Assembly (NCBI RefSeq): GCF_001194135.2
Contig: NC_068986.1
Span: 77,033,239 to 77,097,238, forward strand
Length of the DNA: 64,000 bases
Reading direction: 5' to 3'
Source: Octopus bimaculoides
Taxonomy: Eukaryota
The notes under the pieces were generated by a model. It was not told the origin of the DNA. It saw only the letters and a program-made list of their open reading frames with translations, and made no database searches. Position numbers and translations under genes: made by a program. Shown here piece by piece: positions 1 through 13,845 of this stretch (positions are counted from its first letter, which is position 1; each line of letters opens with the position of its first letter).

Positions 1-127
1 TTTTTTTTTTTTTTTTTTTTTTTAAAGAAAACAAAACAAGACAAAAAAAATTCACGCACCTCACCACACCCTGTCAAGGATTTCAGAGAATCTTATTTTC
101 AGAATTGGGAATCTGTTTTTATTCCCA

Positions 128-640
128 ATTAAAGAGAGAAGGGATGGAGAAGAAGAGAGGGGAGAGGGGAGAGGGAGAGAAAGAGAATGGGATGTAGAGA
201 GAGAGAAAGAGAGAGTGAGGGAAAGAGAGATAGGGATAGAGAAAGAGAGGTAGGGAGAGAGAAAGAGAGAGAGAGAAAGAGAGAGAGAGAGAAAGAGAGA
301 GAGAGAAAGAGACTGAGAAAAAGAAAGAAAGAGATTGAGAGAGAGAAAGAGAGAGAGAAATCTAATTTTGGTCACCTGCCTATTGCCAACCTGTAATATG
401 AGGGCGAAGCGGGGGAGGAGGGGGTAACAAAATTGAGTAATTCACTCAGGTGCTTTGTTTCTCACCTTAATTGTGTACTCACACATTGATTGATTATAGG
501 TTCACACTTCTTTTGAGGTTGGATACAGAAATGATAGACTTTCAAGAGTCTTATTGACCCTGTCATTACTACTACTACTACTACTACTAATACCACCACC
601 ACCACCACCACCACTACTACTACCATACTACTACTACTTT
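128..640. repeat. Compound microsatellites: (GA)-rich tract, then (CTA)n/(CCA)n. Further tracts at 5780-5925, 10340-10850, 14870-14975, 18463-18546, 23070-23136, 28465-28519, 43596-43671, 54700-54797
   Basis: Read directly; they explain most low-complexity ORFs in the track. Confidence 0.95.
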
Positions 641-1192
641 CAACAACAGTCATCACCATAACACGACCACGTCCATAACTTTTACTCCCCCTCTCAATCT
701 CTCCCTTTCCCTCCTCCCTCTCTCTCTCATTCTCTACGAAGGAAAAAAAATGACAAGGACCGATCGCAAATTAACGTTCTGCTCACTATGCACTTTAAAA
801 CCCTCGGTGTATTGATAAAGAAATTAAATGAGTGGCGGTTACATAGGTGGCTAGATGTGGCTCTTTTGTTAGAAACAACGAATAAACAAGTAAAGTATAG
901 AAATCAAATCAAATAAAATAAACCAGAACTGTTTAATGAGTCAAACATCAGTGCAACTGTCCAAAATAGAAGTTACTTGTAGTCGAAGGTACAAATTAAG
1001 AGTGTCATAGGTCGGAGCTCGACTAAGTGCGGACAAACACGAAAGTCAACTACGTGATGGTGTGTGATCAGAAGCAAAGGCTTACCTCATTTGCTTAAGT
1101 CCGTTGTACTGTTCACATCGCGGAGAGAAAATAGAAATAAACTACGACAACAGCATTAGGAACAGTAACAACTGCCATTTCTCAAGACAAAG

Positions 1193-1412
1193 ATGCCGAT
1201 GAATTTTGCCAGCTCCGCTTCCAAATGGATGAAAATTGCACTTGCTTCGCATTTCTTCGGAACACTCATGTTTCTTGTTGGGTTTTCAACTTATGCATGG
1301 CTCCAAGAAACACTGAAAGGAAACACTATAAGCGTGGGACTTTGGAAAACTAGGTCCTGCGACAGAAACGGAGGATGCATCACATTTGATTCAGTTTCAA
1401 GCCATTCTCAAG
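1193..1412 (+). CDS. Claudin/PMP22/EMP-like four-TM protein, coding exon 1 of 3
   Basis: ORF MPMNF...HSQ with a hydrophobic TM1, then W...GLW...C...C (claudin-superfamily ECL1 signature). Donor CAAG|GTAAAT at 1412/1413, phase 1. Confidence 0.85.
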
Positions 1413-1415
1413 GTA

Positions 1416-1449
<34 letters not shown>

Positions 1450-1570
1450 CCACAATAATAACGCCACAATTTTGCAGGGGAAGGTTAAAGTTGATCGGAT
1501 TAACACCACTATATTACTGGAACTTATTTTATTGACCAAAAGAGATGATTGTTATTGTTACTATTATTAA

Positions 1571-1955
1571 GGCGGCACATTTGCAGAAAGTTTTGTGCGC
1601 TGGATAAAAACGTTTAGCAGCATTTCGCCTGGACCTTTACGTTATGAGTTAAAATTCAGTCGGGGTTAACTTTGCTTTTCATCCTTTCAGGGTCGATGAA
1701 ATAAGCACAATGTTAGAAAGGATTGTTGTTATTGTTAATGGCGAACTGGCAGAATCGTCTGCGCGTCGGACAAAATGTTTAGCAGCAGTTCGTTTAGGTC
1801 TTTACATTCCGAGTTCAAATTCCGCCAAGGTTAACTTTGCCTTTCATCCTTCCGGCGTCGATAAAATAAGCACCAGTTGGGCACTGGAATCAATGTAACC
1901 GACTAACTCCCCCGCCAAAAAAATTTAAGGCCTTGTACCTATAATAGAAAGGGTT
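1571..1955 (+). mobile_element. SINE family A (tRNA-derived), two tandem copies
   Basis: GGCGAGCTGGCAGAA head, B-box-like GAGTTCAAATTCC, core GACTTTGCCTTTCATCCTTTCGGGGTCGATAAA, (ATT)n tail. Confidence 0.8.
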
Positions 1956-3454
1956 ATTATTATTATTGTTGTTGCTGTTGTTGTTGTTTCGTTATTAATT
2001 CGTTCCTATATCAAACCTTTCCATCATTTTTCAAGTCATCCAAACAAGAAGTTTGGGAATCTAAGAAAACATTTTTCCGAAGCCGAAAATAGTGTTGGCA
2101 CAATTCGCATTTAATTTCTAACAGGAGTTTTGACGAGAATTCTGGTGTTGTAAAGGTAAAAACATATTTGAAATGCAAAATCAACGTTGGGTGGGGGGAG
2201 ACAGAGAGGGCTGTAAGCGATTGCTTTTTGTGCTACTCAAACACTTGCGCAATTCATCGCAATGAGAACAATAATAGTTTAAAATTTTGTCACGAGGTCA
2301 GCAATTTCAAAAGGAGGGGTTGGTCAGTTGCTTTGACCCACAAACTTGATTGGTATTTTATTCTTATCAACTCTGGCAGAATGAAATGGACAGTCGACTG
2401 GTGCGAGATTCAAATTTATAATGTCAATAATACTGCGATACATTTCACTTGACGTTGCCGCTTTATGGACTCTGCCAGTTATCGTATCATCACAGGCTGT
2501 ACCGAGTCGATTAAATCGACCTCAAAGGGGTTTCGGTTATATCATTGAACTAGGAGGAATAAAGTTAATCCGATTCTGCTAGAATTTGAACTTCATTGTA
2601 GAAGTAAAGAAACTAGACAACGCTACAGCTTTGTGTGTTCTGACGTTGCAAGGTGCATGTTACGTTTTGCTCTTTAGAGACAATGTACAATGTTATTCAA
2701 TATTCCTGAGAAATATATTCTGTGCCTGAGCACCAACCGACGTGTGATTTGTTATTTTCGTAAGAATTCTGAGAGGCACAGCTGTGTTGTCAACCAGTTC
2801 GCCACGCAATCATGTGGTTCCAGGTTCGATCCTATTGCGTGGCACTTTGGGCCAAGGTCTTCAACCACAGTTTTCAGTAGTCCAATAATAAACTTGTTAC
2901 TAAAATTTGATCGGACGAAACTCGGATCAGTTTTCTACACGTTATCATAGTTACATATGTTGTCGAAAATATGTTTAATGAACACGACTCCAATGTTCGT
3001 GTGTCTTTCTTTTTAAGATTGCCGGAAGTTATTTGAGGGATATTCGGTTACGATTTTTAGCGGCTCGAGCGACAGCATAGCTACTGGCTCGTATAATATT
3101 ATTACTTACAGCTGTATCACATAATTGCTTGCAAATGCTACGTAAATTCTTTATAGACACCTCCACCCAAACCTCAGACATTTTGTCAATCCAAGAAATT
3201 ACTCCATCTTCCTCTCGATTGAAAACATTAATCCGTATCTAGAAATCGGTCACCACTATTCATCATAATCGAGACAATATCATGAAAAATCTCGGAGCCG
3301 GTTGCTCTAATCGTTAACATTACTCTGTTATATTCTTTCGAATGTGAGCTTAATGGAGAACAATGGATAATGAAGAAATTTCAAGTTTAGAGGAGAGCAA
3401 AGGAAAGTGAAGAGATTTACAGCTTTTTGGATCGCAATATTAGTAAGGGCGTAA

Positions 3455-3891
3455 GGCGGCGAGCTGGCAGAACAGCTAGCGCGCCGGGCAAAATGCCCAG
3501 CGGCCTTTCGTCCGTCTTTACGTTCTGAGTTCAAATTCCGCCGAGGTCGACTTTGCCTTTCATCCTTTCGGAGTTGATAAATTAAGTACCAGTTGCGTAC
3601 TGGGGTCGATCTAATCGACTGGCTCCTCCGCCAAAATTTCGGGCCTTGTGCCTAGAGTAGAAAAGAATATTATTATTAAGCGACGAGCTGGCAGAATCTT
3701 AGCACGCCGGACAAAATGCTTAGCAGTTTTTCGCTCGTCTTTACGTTCCGAGTTCAAATTCCACCAAGGTCGACTTTGCCTTTCATCTTGTCGGGGTTGA
3801 TAAAATAAATTTCAGTTGAACACTGGGGTCGATGTAATCGACTTGTCTCCTCCGCCAAAACTGCCGACCTTGTGCCAAAATTTGAAACCAA
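3455..3891 (+). mobile_element. SINE family A, two head-to-tail copies (3455-3668, 3680-3891)
   Basis: Same head, core and GGCCTTGTGCC tail; copies separated by a short ATT run. Confidence 0.85.
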
Positions 3892-5882
3892 TATTAAAAA
3901 TCAACTTAAATGTAGATGAAATGGTTTAAACCGATGACTGAATCCTTAGCTTACATTAGAGATGAATTATTTGTCTCTCCAGGTGCTGATTGCTCTTTTA
4001 CCTACACTTACAATAAAGTAATCTAATAATGATGTTAATTCAATGATATTTAAATGTTAAAACAGAAATTAGTTGCTTTATGGTATTTATTTTATTTGTT
4101 TTACATGTCTATGAAGTTCAAGTTTTCGATTCAATTCCTACATTACCTCTCATATTAGTTTAATTCGATGAAATTGGAATTACCCATATATTGAAGGTTT
4201 GGCTAAATTCATGTGCTGTGGGGGTGGGGATGATGTTAATGACGTTTTGAAACTGATCCCTTCGTCTCGAAAAAGAAACAAAATGTTTCTTTTTTTAGAT
4301 GGAGGGTTTGTCTAGAAACGTGAGATTTTTCTTGTCTCCTACCATTACAAAAGACAAACTCATCCTGTATTTTAGTTGAAACTTTTTGAGTGGACGGTGA
4401 GGTGACTGGAGCTGTATGTCCGTCTAACGGTAAGGCAGGTGTTCCAATGCAAAGTCAGCAAAAAGGTGAAAATCACATGTTGAGTAAAAGGGCAACTCGT
4501 TCCCGATTTTTTATTTGAATACAGATTGTGAAAGATTGGCTTGTCCGGCCTTTACGAATAGCGCTCACTGTTGTATATCTCATTATTCTTACACACTAAC
4601 ACCTAAAATTTTCCGAAACTTTTCACCAAACATATTTCTTTCTCCCTCGAATTTCACCGCTATGAATTCCTTCTTAAACCATTTAATATCGGTTTTCACA
4701 AACTCCTATGAGTGGAACATTAATCCTTTAAATATTAACTTTAGAAGTAAATGATTTCAACCTGCCAAGTCCCTAAATTTTTTTATACTATGAACTACAT
4801 AAATGTGAATTATATTGTTGATCTCTTCTTTTGTCATTATCAAACTTTGTTTAACTTACAATTGTAAATATATTCCTGGCAAACAAAATCTCCGACAGTT
4901 TCGATTCCCGGTTAAATACATCTCTTTTTTTTTTTTTTTTTTTTTTTTTGTTCTTAGCTAATATATATGGAAAAGGCATGAACATTCGTTATTTCCATTT
5001 CCATCTTCCGAGAGATACGAGGTCATTCTTCCTAGTAAAAAGAAATCAATATTTCTCTGACGCAAGTGGGATCACTGTAGTAATCTAATTGAATTGAGTA
5101 ATTTGGTTAGATAAAACATCGTGAGTCCAGCCTCTATTAGAAATATCTCCCCAGTTTATGGCAGTATTTCAGTTTAGTACTTACTGTAACTCAAAGACAT
5201 ACTAATCAATTTCACATTTCTAGAGTACCTGTTTGCGGCTAAGTAGAGTGAAACAGCTAAAGTTATGTATTTTTCACGTGTCACGAACACAAGACCAATG
5301 TCGGGGTACGAAGCCTCGATCTGCAGGTTTACTTTCTCCCGATTACGTCACTTTCGACTTCTGACATTATTAATTGCCTAGTTGCCTATGTTTCGATTTG
5401 ACTCGCAGAAACGTCAAACTAAACAGCTGATCCATCAGCGCTGTTAAGGTACAGCGTTCGGTGAATTCCGTAAAAAGTTTTATTTTTATTTATTTTTGTG
5501 GGTGCAAATATACATTTTCTTTGAAGTCAACATAAAGTGAAAGAGAGAGGAAATGGATATAGACTTGTGTATGTGTTGATGGGGGGAGGGGGCGAGACAG
5601 AAAGTGTGTGTTGTGTGAGAGAGAGGGGGGAGGGAGAGAGTGATAGCGTAATTTTTTTTATTTACGCACATACATACATACATACATATATATAATGTAT
5701 ACATATATACAACCATATGTGTGTGTATATATATATATACGTACGTACATACACCCATGTGGTTGGGAAGCAAGCTTCTTACCACAGTCATTCTTCCGCC
5801 TCTCTCTCTCTCTCTCTCTCTCTCTGTCAATCACGGAGACACAGAGAGCGAGAGAGAGAGAGAGAGAGAGAGCTGTGCTTTG

Positions 5883-5926
<44 letters not shown>

Positions 5927-6746
5927 CAGAGAGAGAGAAAGTGATAGCTTAAATTTTACTTATTTATTTACTTCTCTCTCTCTCAGTCAATCACGCATTC
6001 AGAAAAGATGCGAGAAAAAATAAATAAAAAATGTACGCTGTCACTCCCCCCCCTCTCTGTCTCTCTCTCTCACACAGACNNNNNNNNNNNNNNNNNNNNN
6101 NNNNNNNNNNNNNNNNNNNNNNNNNNNNNNNNNNNNNNNNNNNNNNNNNNNNNNNNNNNNNNNNNNNNNNNNNNNNNNNNNNNNNNNNNNNNNNNNNNNN
6201 NNNNNNNNNNNNNNNNNNNNNNNNNNNNNNNNNNNNNNNNNNNNNNNNNNNNNNNNNNNNNNNNNNNNNNNNNNNNNNNNNNNNNNNNNNNNNNNNNNNN
6301 NNNNNNNNNNNNNNNNNNNNNNNNNNNNNNNNNNNNNNNNNNNNNNNNNNNNNNNNNNNNNNNNNNNNNNNNNNNNNNNNNNNNNNNNNNNNNNNNNNNN
6401 NNNNNNNNNNNNNNNNNNNNNNNNNNNNNNNNNNNNNNNNNNNNNNNNNNNNNNNNNNNNNNNNNNNNNNNNNNNNNNNNNNNNNNNNNNNNNNNNNNNN
6501 NNNNNNNNNNNNNNNNNNNNNNNNNNNNNNNNNNNNNNNNNNNNNNNNNNNNNNNNNNNNNNNNNNNNNNNNNNNNNNNNNNNNNNNNNNNNNNNNNNNN
6601 NNNNNNNNNNNNNNNNNNNNNNNNNNNNNNNNNNNNNNNNNNNNNNNNNNNNNNNNNNNNNNNNNNNNNNNNNNNNNNNNNNNNNNNNNNNNNNNNNNNN
6701 NNNNNNNNNNNNNNNNNNNNNNNNNNNNNNNNNNNNNNNNNNNNNN

Positions 6747-7020
6747 AGCGAAAACACCTAAAGCTCCACGAGGCTCCGGCAGGGGATGGTGGCGAACCCT
6801 GTTGTACTCTTTCACCACAACTTTCTCTTACTTCCTGTTTCTGTTGTGCCTGTAATTCAAAGGGTCAGCCTTGTCACGCTGAATATCCCCGAGAACTACG
6901 TTAAGGGTACACGTGTCTGTGGAGTGCTCAGCCACTTGCACGTTAATTTCACGAGCAGGCTGTTCCGTTGGTCGGATCAACTGGAACCCTCGACGTCGTA
7001 AGCGACGGAGTGCCAACAAC
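6747..7020 (+). mobile_element. SINE family B, head lost in gap; tail fragment on - at ~10477-10572
   Basis: AAAACACCTAAAGCTCCACGAGGCTCCGGCAGGGG body shared with the 36805 copy; AAGGGTACACGTGTCTGTGG...GGAACCCTCGACGTCG tail shared with the 33589 copy. Confidence 0.75.
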
Positions 7021-8368
7021 TTCTATTAGAAAAGACAATGTCCGCACATTCTTTTCTCTCTTGAAGTCAATAGGAAAGAATTAGTCTGCCCATTTATGGG
7101 CATATTGTCCCGGAAATCCAAACAGTTAACTCCAGTTATTAGATTTGGAAAAAAATCTATCATGTGTATTTGTATTATGACGTGTACATCAATAGTGGTA
7201 CAACTTTCGACAATTTAGTAAATTGTACAGTGGCTCGTGAGTCAGTAGCAAAAATATTCTTACAATTTAATAGCAAGGACAATCAACTGTTGTGTAACAA
7301 TTTGGTTAGATAATTACTGCTAATGCAACACCTCTAGTGTAGTGATGCGTTACAGCTATATAGCTTTTTATTTATTATTGTGTAACAGGGAAAGTAATAG
7401 AAATTATTTAAGCAATAATAAGCAGGATTAGAAGATTTACAGTGTCTAATTCGGGGCTTCATTGTTCTGAGATGAAGTTTCGTTGGTGCTGCTGTACTCT
7501 TTCATCCTCACGATGATCTATAAATTTATACTCTTTATACTCATGAGAGAAGAGCTTTGACAATATTTAATTAACTCCTTAAGTCCTTTTTATTGTCTAA
7601 ATTAAAATTCAGCAAGAGCCAAGGCTGGGCGGAGGTAAGAGTTCATGAATAACACTTCAATATAGAGAATTACCTCTGGTCAAATTGTGAAGCTGCTTGA
7701 TAACAAAAGAGTTCGGTCCGTTTTCTTAAATTAAACAAATTCAAGATCTGATTTTCATGTTTTCTACTCAAACATTAGCGAGCCAAATGAAATGTCTTCA
7801 ATCTGCATCCTCAATATATTTTATAAATAATTAGTTCACCTTTAAATTCAAAGTCTCGATGTTTTAGTGGAAGCTGACTACAGGAGTTGTTTTATTGACG
7901 TACTTCCTAAGAACATTAGCGATGTAACACAAAAGCTAATATTTACTCTATCGTGCTCGACAAACTTCGTTAACAAAGTTTGATTTTGCCAAGCTGCAAA
8001 GGCCTTTTCCTTGAAAGAGAAAACTGCATAACCAAATAACTTTATTCCACATTTTTAATTACTAGTATCGTTACTTAACTAATTAATGTCATATATTTGA
8101 AATGTTAGCACAATCAAACAATATTTGAGGAACCACACTTTTAATATTGATTTTTAAATATGGTACAACACCTCACATTTAAGAGTAAAATTGCTTTAAT
8201 CATACCCTACAAGTCACGTATTTCCTTTAAACAATCCACAAGAATAAAAGGGATTTAAACACAGAACGTAAAGAAATGCAACTAAATACCAAAAGACATT
8301 GTAAAGATATTCATTCATTTCTTCTACATTGTCTTACTTTACACTTTTAATATTATGGAAGTATCAAA

Positions 8369-9018
8369 GGGGGCAAGCTGGCAGAATCGCTAGCAATGCC
8401 GGACAAAATGATTAGCGGCATTTCGTCCGCCTTTACGTTCTAAGTTAAAATTCCGCCGATGTTGACTTTGCCTTTCATCCTTTCGGGGTCGGTAAAATAA
8501 GTACTAATTGAGTACTGAGGTCGATGCAATCGACTATTCCCCTCCCTCAAAATTTCAGGCCTTGTGCCTATTGTACAAAGGATTCTTATGAAAGTATCGA
8601 AGGTGGTGAGCTGGCAATATCGTTAGCAACGCCGGGCAAAATGCTGAGCGGTATTTCGTCCGGCTCTACGTTCTGAGTTCAAATTCCGCCGAGGTCGACT
8701 TCGCTTTTCATCTTACCGATATCGATAAATTAAGTATCTGCTGAACACTGGGGTCGATGTAATCAACTAAACCCACTCATCTCCGCCCAAATTGCTGGCC
8801 TTGTGCCAAAATTTGAAACCGATATTATGAAGTATCGAGAAGTTTGTGAACTGTCGGAATCGTCAGTGTGTTGGACAGAATGCTTTACGCCCTAACTTAA
8901 GATCAATTGGCCCGTCATCCTTTCGAAGTCGGTAAGTAAGAACCAGTTGAGCACTGGGGTTAATGTAATCGACTAGCCCCATCCCCCAAAATTTCAGGCT
9001 TTTTGCCTAAGTATCGAA
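8369..9018 (+). mobile_element. SINE family A, three head-to-tail copies
   Basis: Copies start at ~8369, ~8602 and ~8841; the third is more diverged. Confidence 0.85.
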
Positions 9019-10785
9019 ACTGGTTCACTGCCATTTACACAAATCAGTCTCTAAAACTCGTAAGCAACGCTTTCTTACTTAGTCATAGAGCCAGTTGTTC
9101 AAAGTCAAACGAAAAAGCAGCTCTAAGTTGATACAATTGCAACATGTTTTGTCAAACCCGGAGATGCAAAAAGCTAATTTGATCTAATCGAGATTTGAGC
9201 CCATAGTACTGAAATGAAACAATGTGTTTAATCAGGGGCACTTCTATCATAGCCACCGTTGCTGGTCAAACTTCGTTCATTAATAACTACTTATTTCCAA
9301 CTACAATGTGCTGTTTTTATTGAAAAATGAAGGGGAATGCTGGAGTAAAAAAGAGAAAGAAAGAAAGGAAAACAAACAGACAGAAAAAGAAATAAAGAAA
9401 AACGAAAGCTAGAAAGTGGGATAATAATACAGCTTACTGGTGTTAGACATATTATTACCACAGAAACCACTTTACCAAGTGCACTATAGGATGTCTGCAG
9501 CCGAAATAGTTTCGTGATTCTAGTGATGCTCTGTTTTTTTTTTTACAGAAACCAATTAAATATCCAGATATTACAGGAGTCAATTTGTTAGCGTAGCTTA
9601 GTTAGAATGTGAATTCCACTCTAGTTTCACTCACTGGAAAATTATAGGAGTCAATTTGCTAGAGTAGCTTAATTAGTTAGAATGTGAATTCCCAACTCTA
9701 GTTTCACTCACTGGAAAGTTATGGACGAATAGCACTCCACGTGTTCATACATTCTATGTATATTAACTATTAAATGAGGTTAGGGGTATTCAAGTACCCA
9801 TATATATCTAAGTTGCGATATCGCTATAAAGTAGTTGAGGAAGTCTCCCAATAAACCTCTGTAAGGGACGACCGTGCGAACTCAAAAAGGAGAAATGGTG
9901 ACGAATGGAAAAACAGAGGACTCCTTTTATTTAAACGCGTCACTCGGTCGAACACACAATAATATATCAATTGATGATATACATATATGTTATGCGACGA
10001 TAACATAGATGACCAGTAATGAAAGACCACAACCGTATAAGATGAATAACAGAGATATTTATTGTGGCATTAAAGATGTATGTTTGTGTGAGAGTGTGGA
10101 TGCGACATATAAGAACATAATCAAAGACAGGCCGTCATACAAAGAAAAGTATGTATGTGAGTGATACATGTATGTGTATGTGTATTATTACAGCAGATAG
10201 AAAGAGAGTCAATAAGTAATGGCGATAGTAGTTTTGTATCTAGTGACGATAGGTAGTTTCACTACACCTCGTAACTGGATTTTGGTTACAAGTTCTAACT
10301 ACTTCATAGTATTTACGTTATTAATTCTCTACTTCTCAAACAGTACATACATACATATATAATATATATATTAGTATATAGCATATATAAACACACACAC
10401 ACACATACACGCACGCACGCACGCGTGCACTCTCTCTCTCTCTCACACACACACACACAAGCTCACATATATATAACTGGCACACTCGCTTGCAACGACG
10501 AGGGTTCCAGTTGATCCGATCAACAGAACAGCCTGTTCCTGAGGTTAACGTGTGCAAGTGGCTGAGCACTCCACAGACATATATAAATATATGTATATAT
10601 ATATGTGTGTGTGTGTGTGTATGTAAATATATATATATATATATCTATAAACATATATATGTAAACGTACATATATACATATATATGTCTGTGTATGTAT
10701 GTGTGTACATATAAGTATATATATGTAAATGTATAATTATATATATTATATTTATATGCATATACATGCATATACGCACGCGTAT

Positions 10786-10831
<46 letters not shown>

Positions 10832-10846
10832 ATACACACACATATG

Positions 10847-11248
10847 GGCGCAGGCGTGGCTGTATACTAAGAAGTTTGCTTCCCAACTACATAGTTCCGG
10901 GTTCAATTGCACTGCGTGGCACCTTAAGCAAGTGTCTTCAACTATATCATCGGACCAACCAAAGCCTTGTGAGCAGATTTGGTAGACGGAAACTGAAAGA
11001 AGCCCGTCCTATATATATGTATATATCTGCATGTGTGTCTTTGTGTCTGTGTTTGTCCCCCATCTCCACTTGACAACCGGTGTTGGCGTGTTTACGTGCC
11101 CGTAACTTAGCAGTTCGGCCTAAGAAATCGATAGACTAAGTACTGGGCTTAAGAAATATTCCTGGGGTTGATTTCTTCGTCTAAAAGACCCTTCAAGGTG
11201 GTGCTCCAGCATGGCTGCAGTCAAATGAGTGAAACAAATAAAAGAATA
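10847..11248 (+). mobile_element. SINE family C (CORE-like CACCTTGGGCAAGTG module); copies at ~2784-2990, 44193-44345, 50072-50200, 51030-51365, 51725-51990(-), 53330-53480, 58625-58920(-), 61390-61560(-), 63935-64000
   Basis: Head GCGTGGCTGT...AAG(C/T)TTGCTTCCCAAC, GGAAACTGAAAGAAGCC, an internal microsatellite, and a tail CCTTCAAGGTGGTGCTCCAGCATGG. Confidence 0.8.
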
Positions 11249-11329
11249 TACACACACATACACGCACACATGTGAGTTTGATTTGGAGTGTGAACATTTT
11301 ACTTTAAGATGCAGTTGTAACATGATGTA

Positions 11330-12240
11330 GGGGTAGCCTTTATGTGATTGTGGTAATTATATGGTACTTAGGGGTGTTTCTTTAGTTCCTTCTGTTCTTT
11401 GTTGGATACAAATGCTGGCGGTTTTCTGGTTTATGGTTTAATTCTCTTATTCCCTTGTAACTGAACTTTATTGCTTTGATGTGTGTTGTTTTTGAAGTTA
11501 TCTTTAGTTGTTATCAGTATGACTAGTTCAGTTGTGTAATTTAGCTACGATTTTATTTCTGTACTGCAGTATCTATACGTGTGATAAAGGGGTGTTGTTG
11601 AATTCTGACAACTGTAATTCTGTTTGTTGATGCCAACAGTTCCACTGAGCATTAAAAAAATTTTTGAAAGCATTTGTATTATATTCATTGCTGTATGATG
11701 CGTCTTTTGTTAAATTGATGGATTGCCAGTAAAGATTTCAGGGATTGTTTGTCATGTGGTTGCGATAGCTAAGTGTGTGTGGCAGGCAGAAAGGAATACC
11801 TGGAAAAGAAATGATGTAAATAGCTGGGGGATGTATTTGAATATAACAGTGAATTTAGTTGTGTCTTATTGCGTCTCCTCTTGTGTTATCTGTATTTTTG
11901 ATGAACCAACGATGGTCTACAGGTTACGTGGTGTATATTGGCTAGTTTCTCGTTATTCTATATTATTATTGAAATACTTAAGGTTTTCATGTTGATTCTT
12001 GTTAGTACTGGTTATTGTTCGAGGTCATTGTTGGAGCTGGATTATCAGAAGATAATGACAGGAGTATATAATTTTCTGTGTTACATTTTGTTGTGATATA
12101 AGACATGTAAGTGAAATTTTTGATTTGTAAATATTAAAGCAGTACTTTACGTACAAACAATACATGTAAAATGTTGTTTTACACCCAGGTAAGTTCTGGC
12201 TGACAAAAGGCTTTCCAGACTTGACCACACCGTTTTGTCT
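11330..12240 (-). mobile_element. Highly decayed retroelement relic, possibly Penelope-like
   Basis: Strand-skewed non-microsatellite block with weak fragments (FNKR..SYS, NYSC..PL) recalling the Penelope RT-to-GIY-YIG linker. No catalytic motif was read. Confidence 0.3.
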
Positions 12241-13845
12241 GGCAGTTTCTCAGATTTCACTATTCAATAAATTCTAGTTATTTTTTTTTAAGATAGGAGA
12301 GTATGTAATAAGAAAAATGTAGCTGTTATTTCTGACTGGTCAAACGACTACATAGAGATCATCTCATTGTTTGGATGTGTGTATGCTTTGTGCTGGGATA
12401 TTTCTGCTCCCTGTATCCAACTGTTTGCCTTCCTGTAGCGACAGTTTCAAGTCATGATAATGCCGTCGGCCTTAGGAAAACGAATTCAAGTCTGAATTAT
12501 CCAGTATGTCCTTCTCTTACTAAGAAGTAGTGTGATGTTTGAGGGAGGTTTGGCTGTTAATCCTAGCGAGTCATGCGACTATGTCGTTGGTATCTTAGCA
12601 TTGTCGAACAATTTTAAAACCAATTGTGATTTCATAACTCGCCAGTGATACTAACAGGATCTATTACAATTCTTTAAAATACAACAAGAAAAGAGATCAT
12701 TTTTCATTTGGTGTTGTCGTTACTGCTTGTTATGCTTTGTCTTATTTAACAGATTTATAACTTTGTGAAAGCTGACAGAAAGAAGCACTTAACTGAAATG
12801 TTTAACCGTTTTCATTATTGTTGCCCACAGATCAATAAAATGTGTTATACATCTGTCAAATGCTAAAATCGATTTAATCGACTACTCTTCAAAAAGAAAG
12901 TGTTGTGTCCTTGTAACTATTTAGAAATAAGCTTTCTAAAATTTAGCACAGTTTGTGGTTGTCTTAATATAAAAGTTAGCTGGGTATTTTTTTAAATAAT
13001 CCTTAGGAATATTCTGTTTTTACTTTGAGCACTCCGGGTAGTGATGAAGTTCTTTCTCTATCTGGTGTTTTAGGTGTATTCTGTTTAGAAGAGTAGGACA
13101 GCTTTGCTAGTGACCTCACATTACTCTTTAATTGCTATAGCTTAAATAAGTAGTAATTTGCTCAAAGCAAAACAGATGGGAAACTTTAAAAGAGAAGGCT
13201 AGCAGATAACTCGACCCAATAAATTGGTGTTATTTGCGAGCATGTAATTGTATGTAGGGTGTGAGCACGCGGACGCGTGCGTGTGGACGTGCGTGCAATG
13301 TGTCAGGTAATTGCGTGTGTATGTGTATATGATATGTGCAAAGCGTAGGGTGTGTATGAGTACGCGTGTTTGTATATATATCTGTACTTTTTTCATGAAG
13401 AACAAAAAGAAAACATTTTAGCAAAGTTACAAATAGCTAAGATATATTCTAACCCCTCGCTCTCTTTCTTTCTTCCCCTTTCTCGCCTTCGCTTTTTTTC
13501 TTTTTCTGAAAACAAGAAATAGAAAATCGTATGTACTTTAAAATGTATTTTCAAACTACTTAATATATTAATGCCATGAGTGATTGAGAGATGGGAAACT
13601 GTTTTCTTGATTAGCACCCTTAAGAAAATTGGATACCAAAAGAATCAAAGAACNNNNNNNNNNNNNNNNNNNNNNNNNNNNNNNNNNNNNNNNNNNNNNN
13701 NNNNNNNNNNNNNNNNNNNNNNNNNNNNNNNNNNNNNNNNNNNNNNNNNNNNNNNNNNNNNNNNNNNNNNNNNNNNNNNNNNNNNNNNNNNNNNNNNNNN
13801 NNNNNNNNNNNNNNNNNNNNNNNNNNNNNNNNNNNNNNNNNNCTT

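Noticed and set aside
61-659. Low-complexity ORFs (SL, RE, V repeats), and similar ones at 5486-6023, 10336-11073, 14735-15060, 22900-23183, 54478-54910
   Set aside because: They are translations of microsatellites.
5991-6904. Long ORFs spanning N runs (also 13580-13992, 15393-15879, 21475-22139, 28594-29599)
   Set aside because: They are artefacts of assembly gaps, which contain no stop codons.
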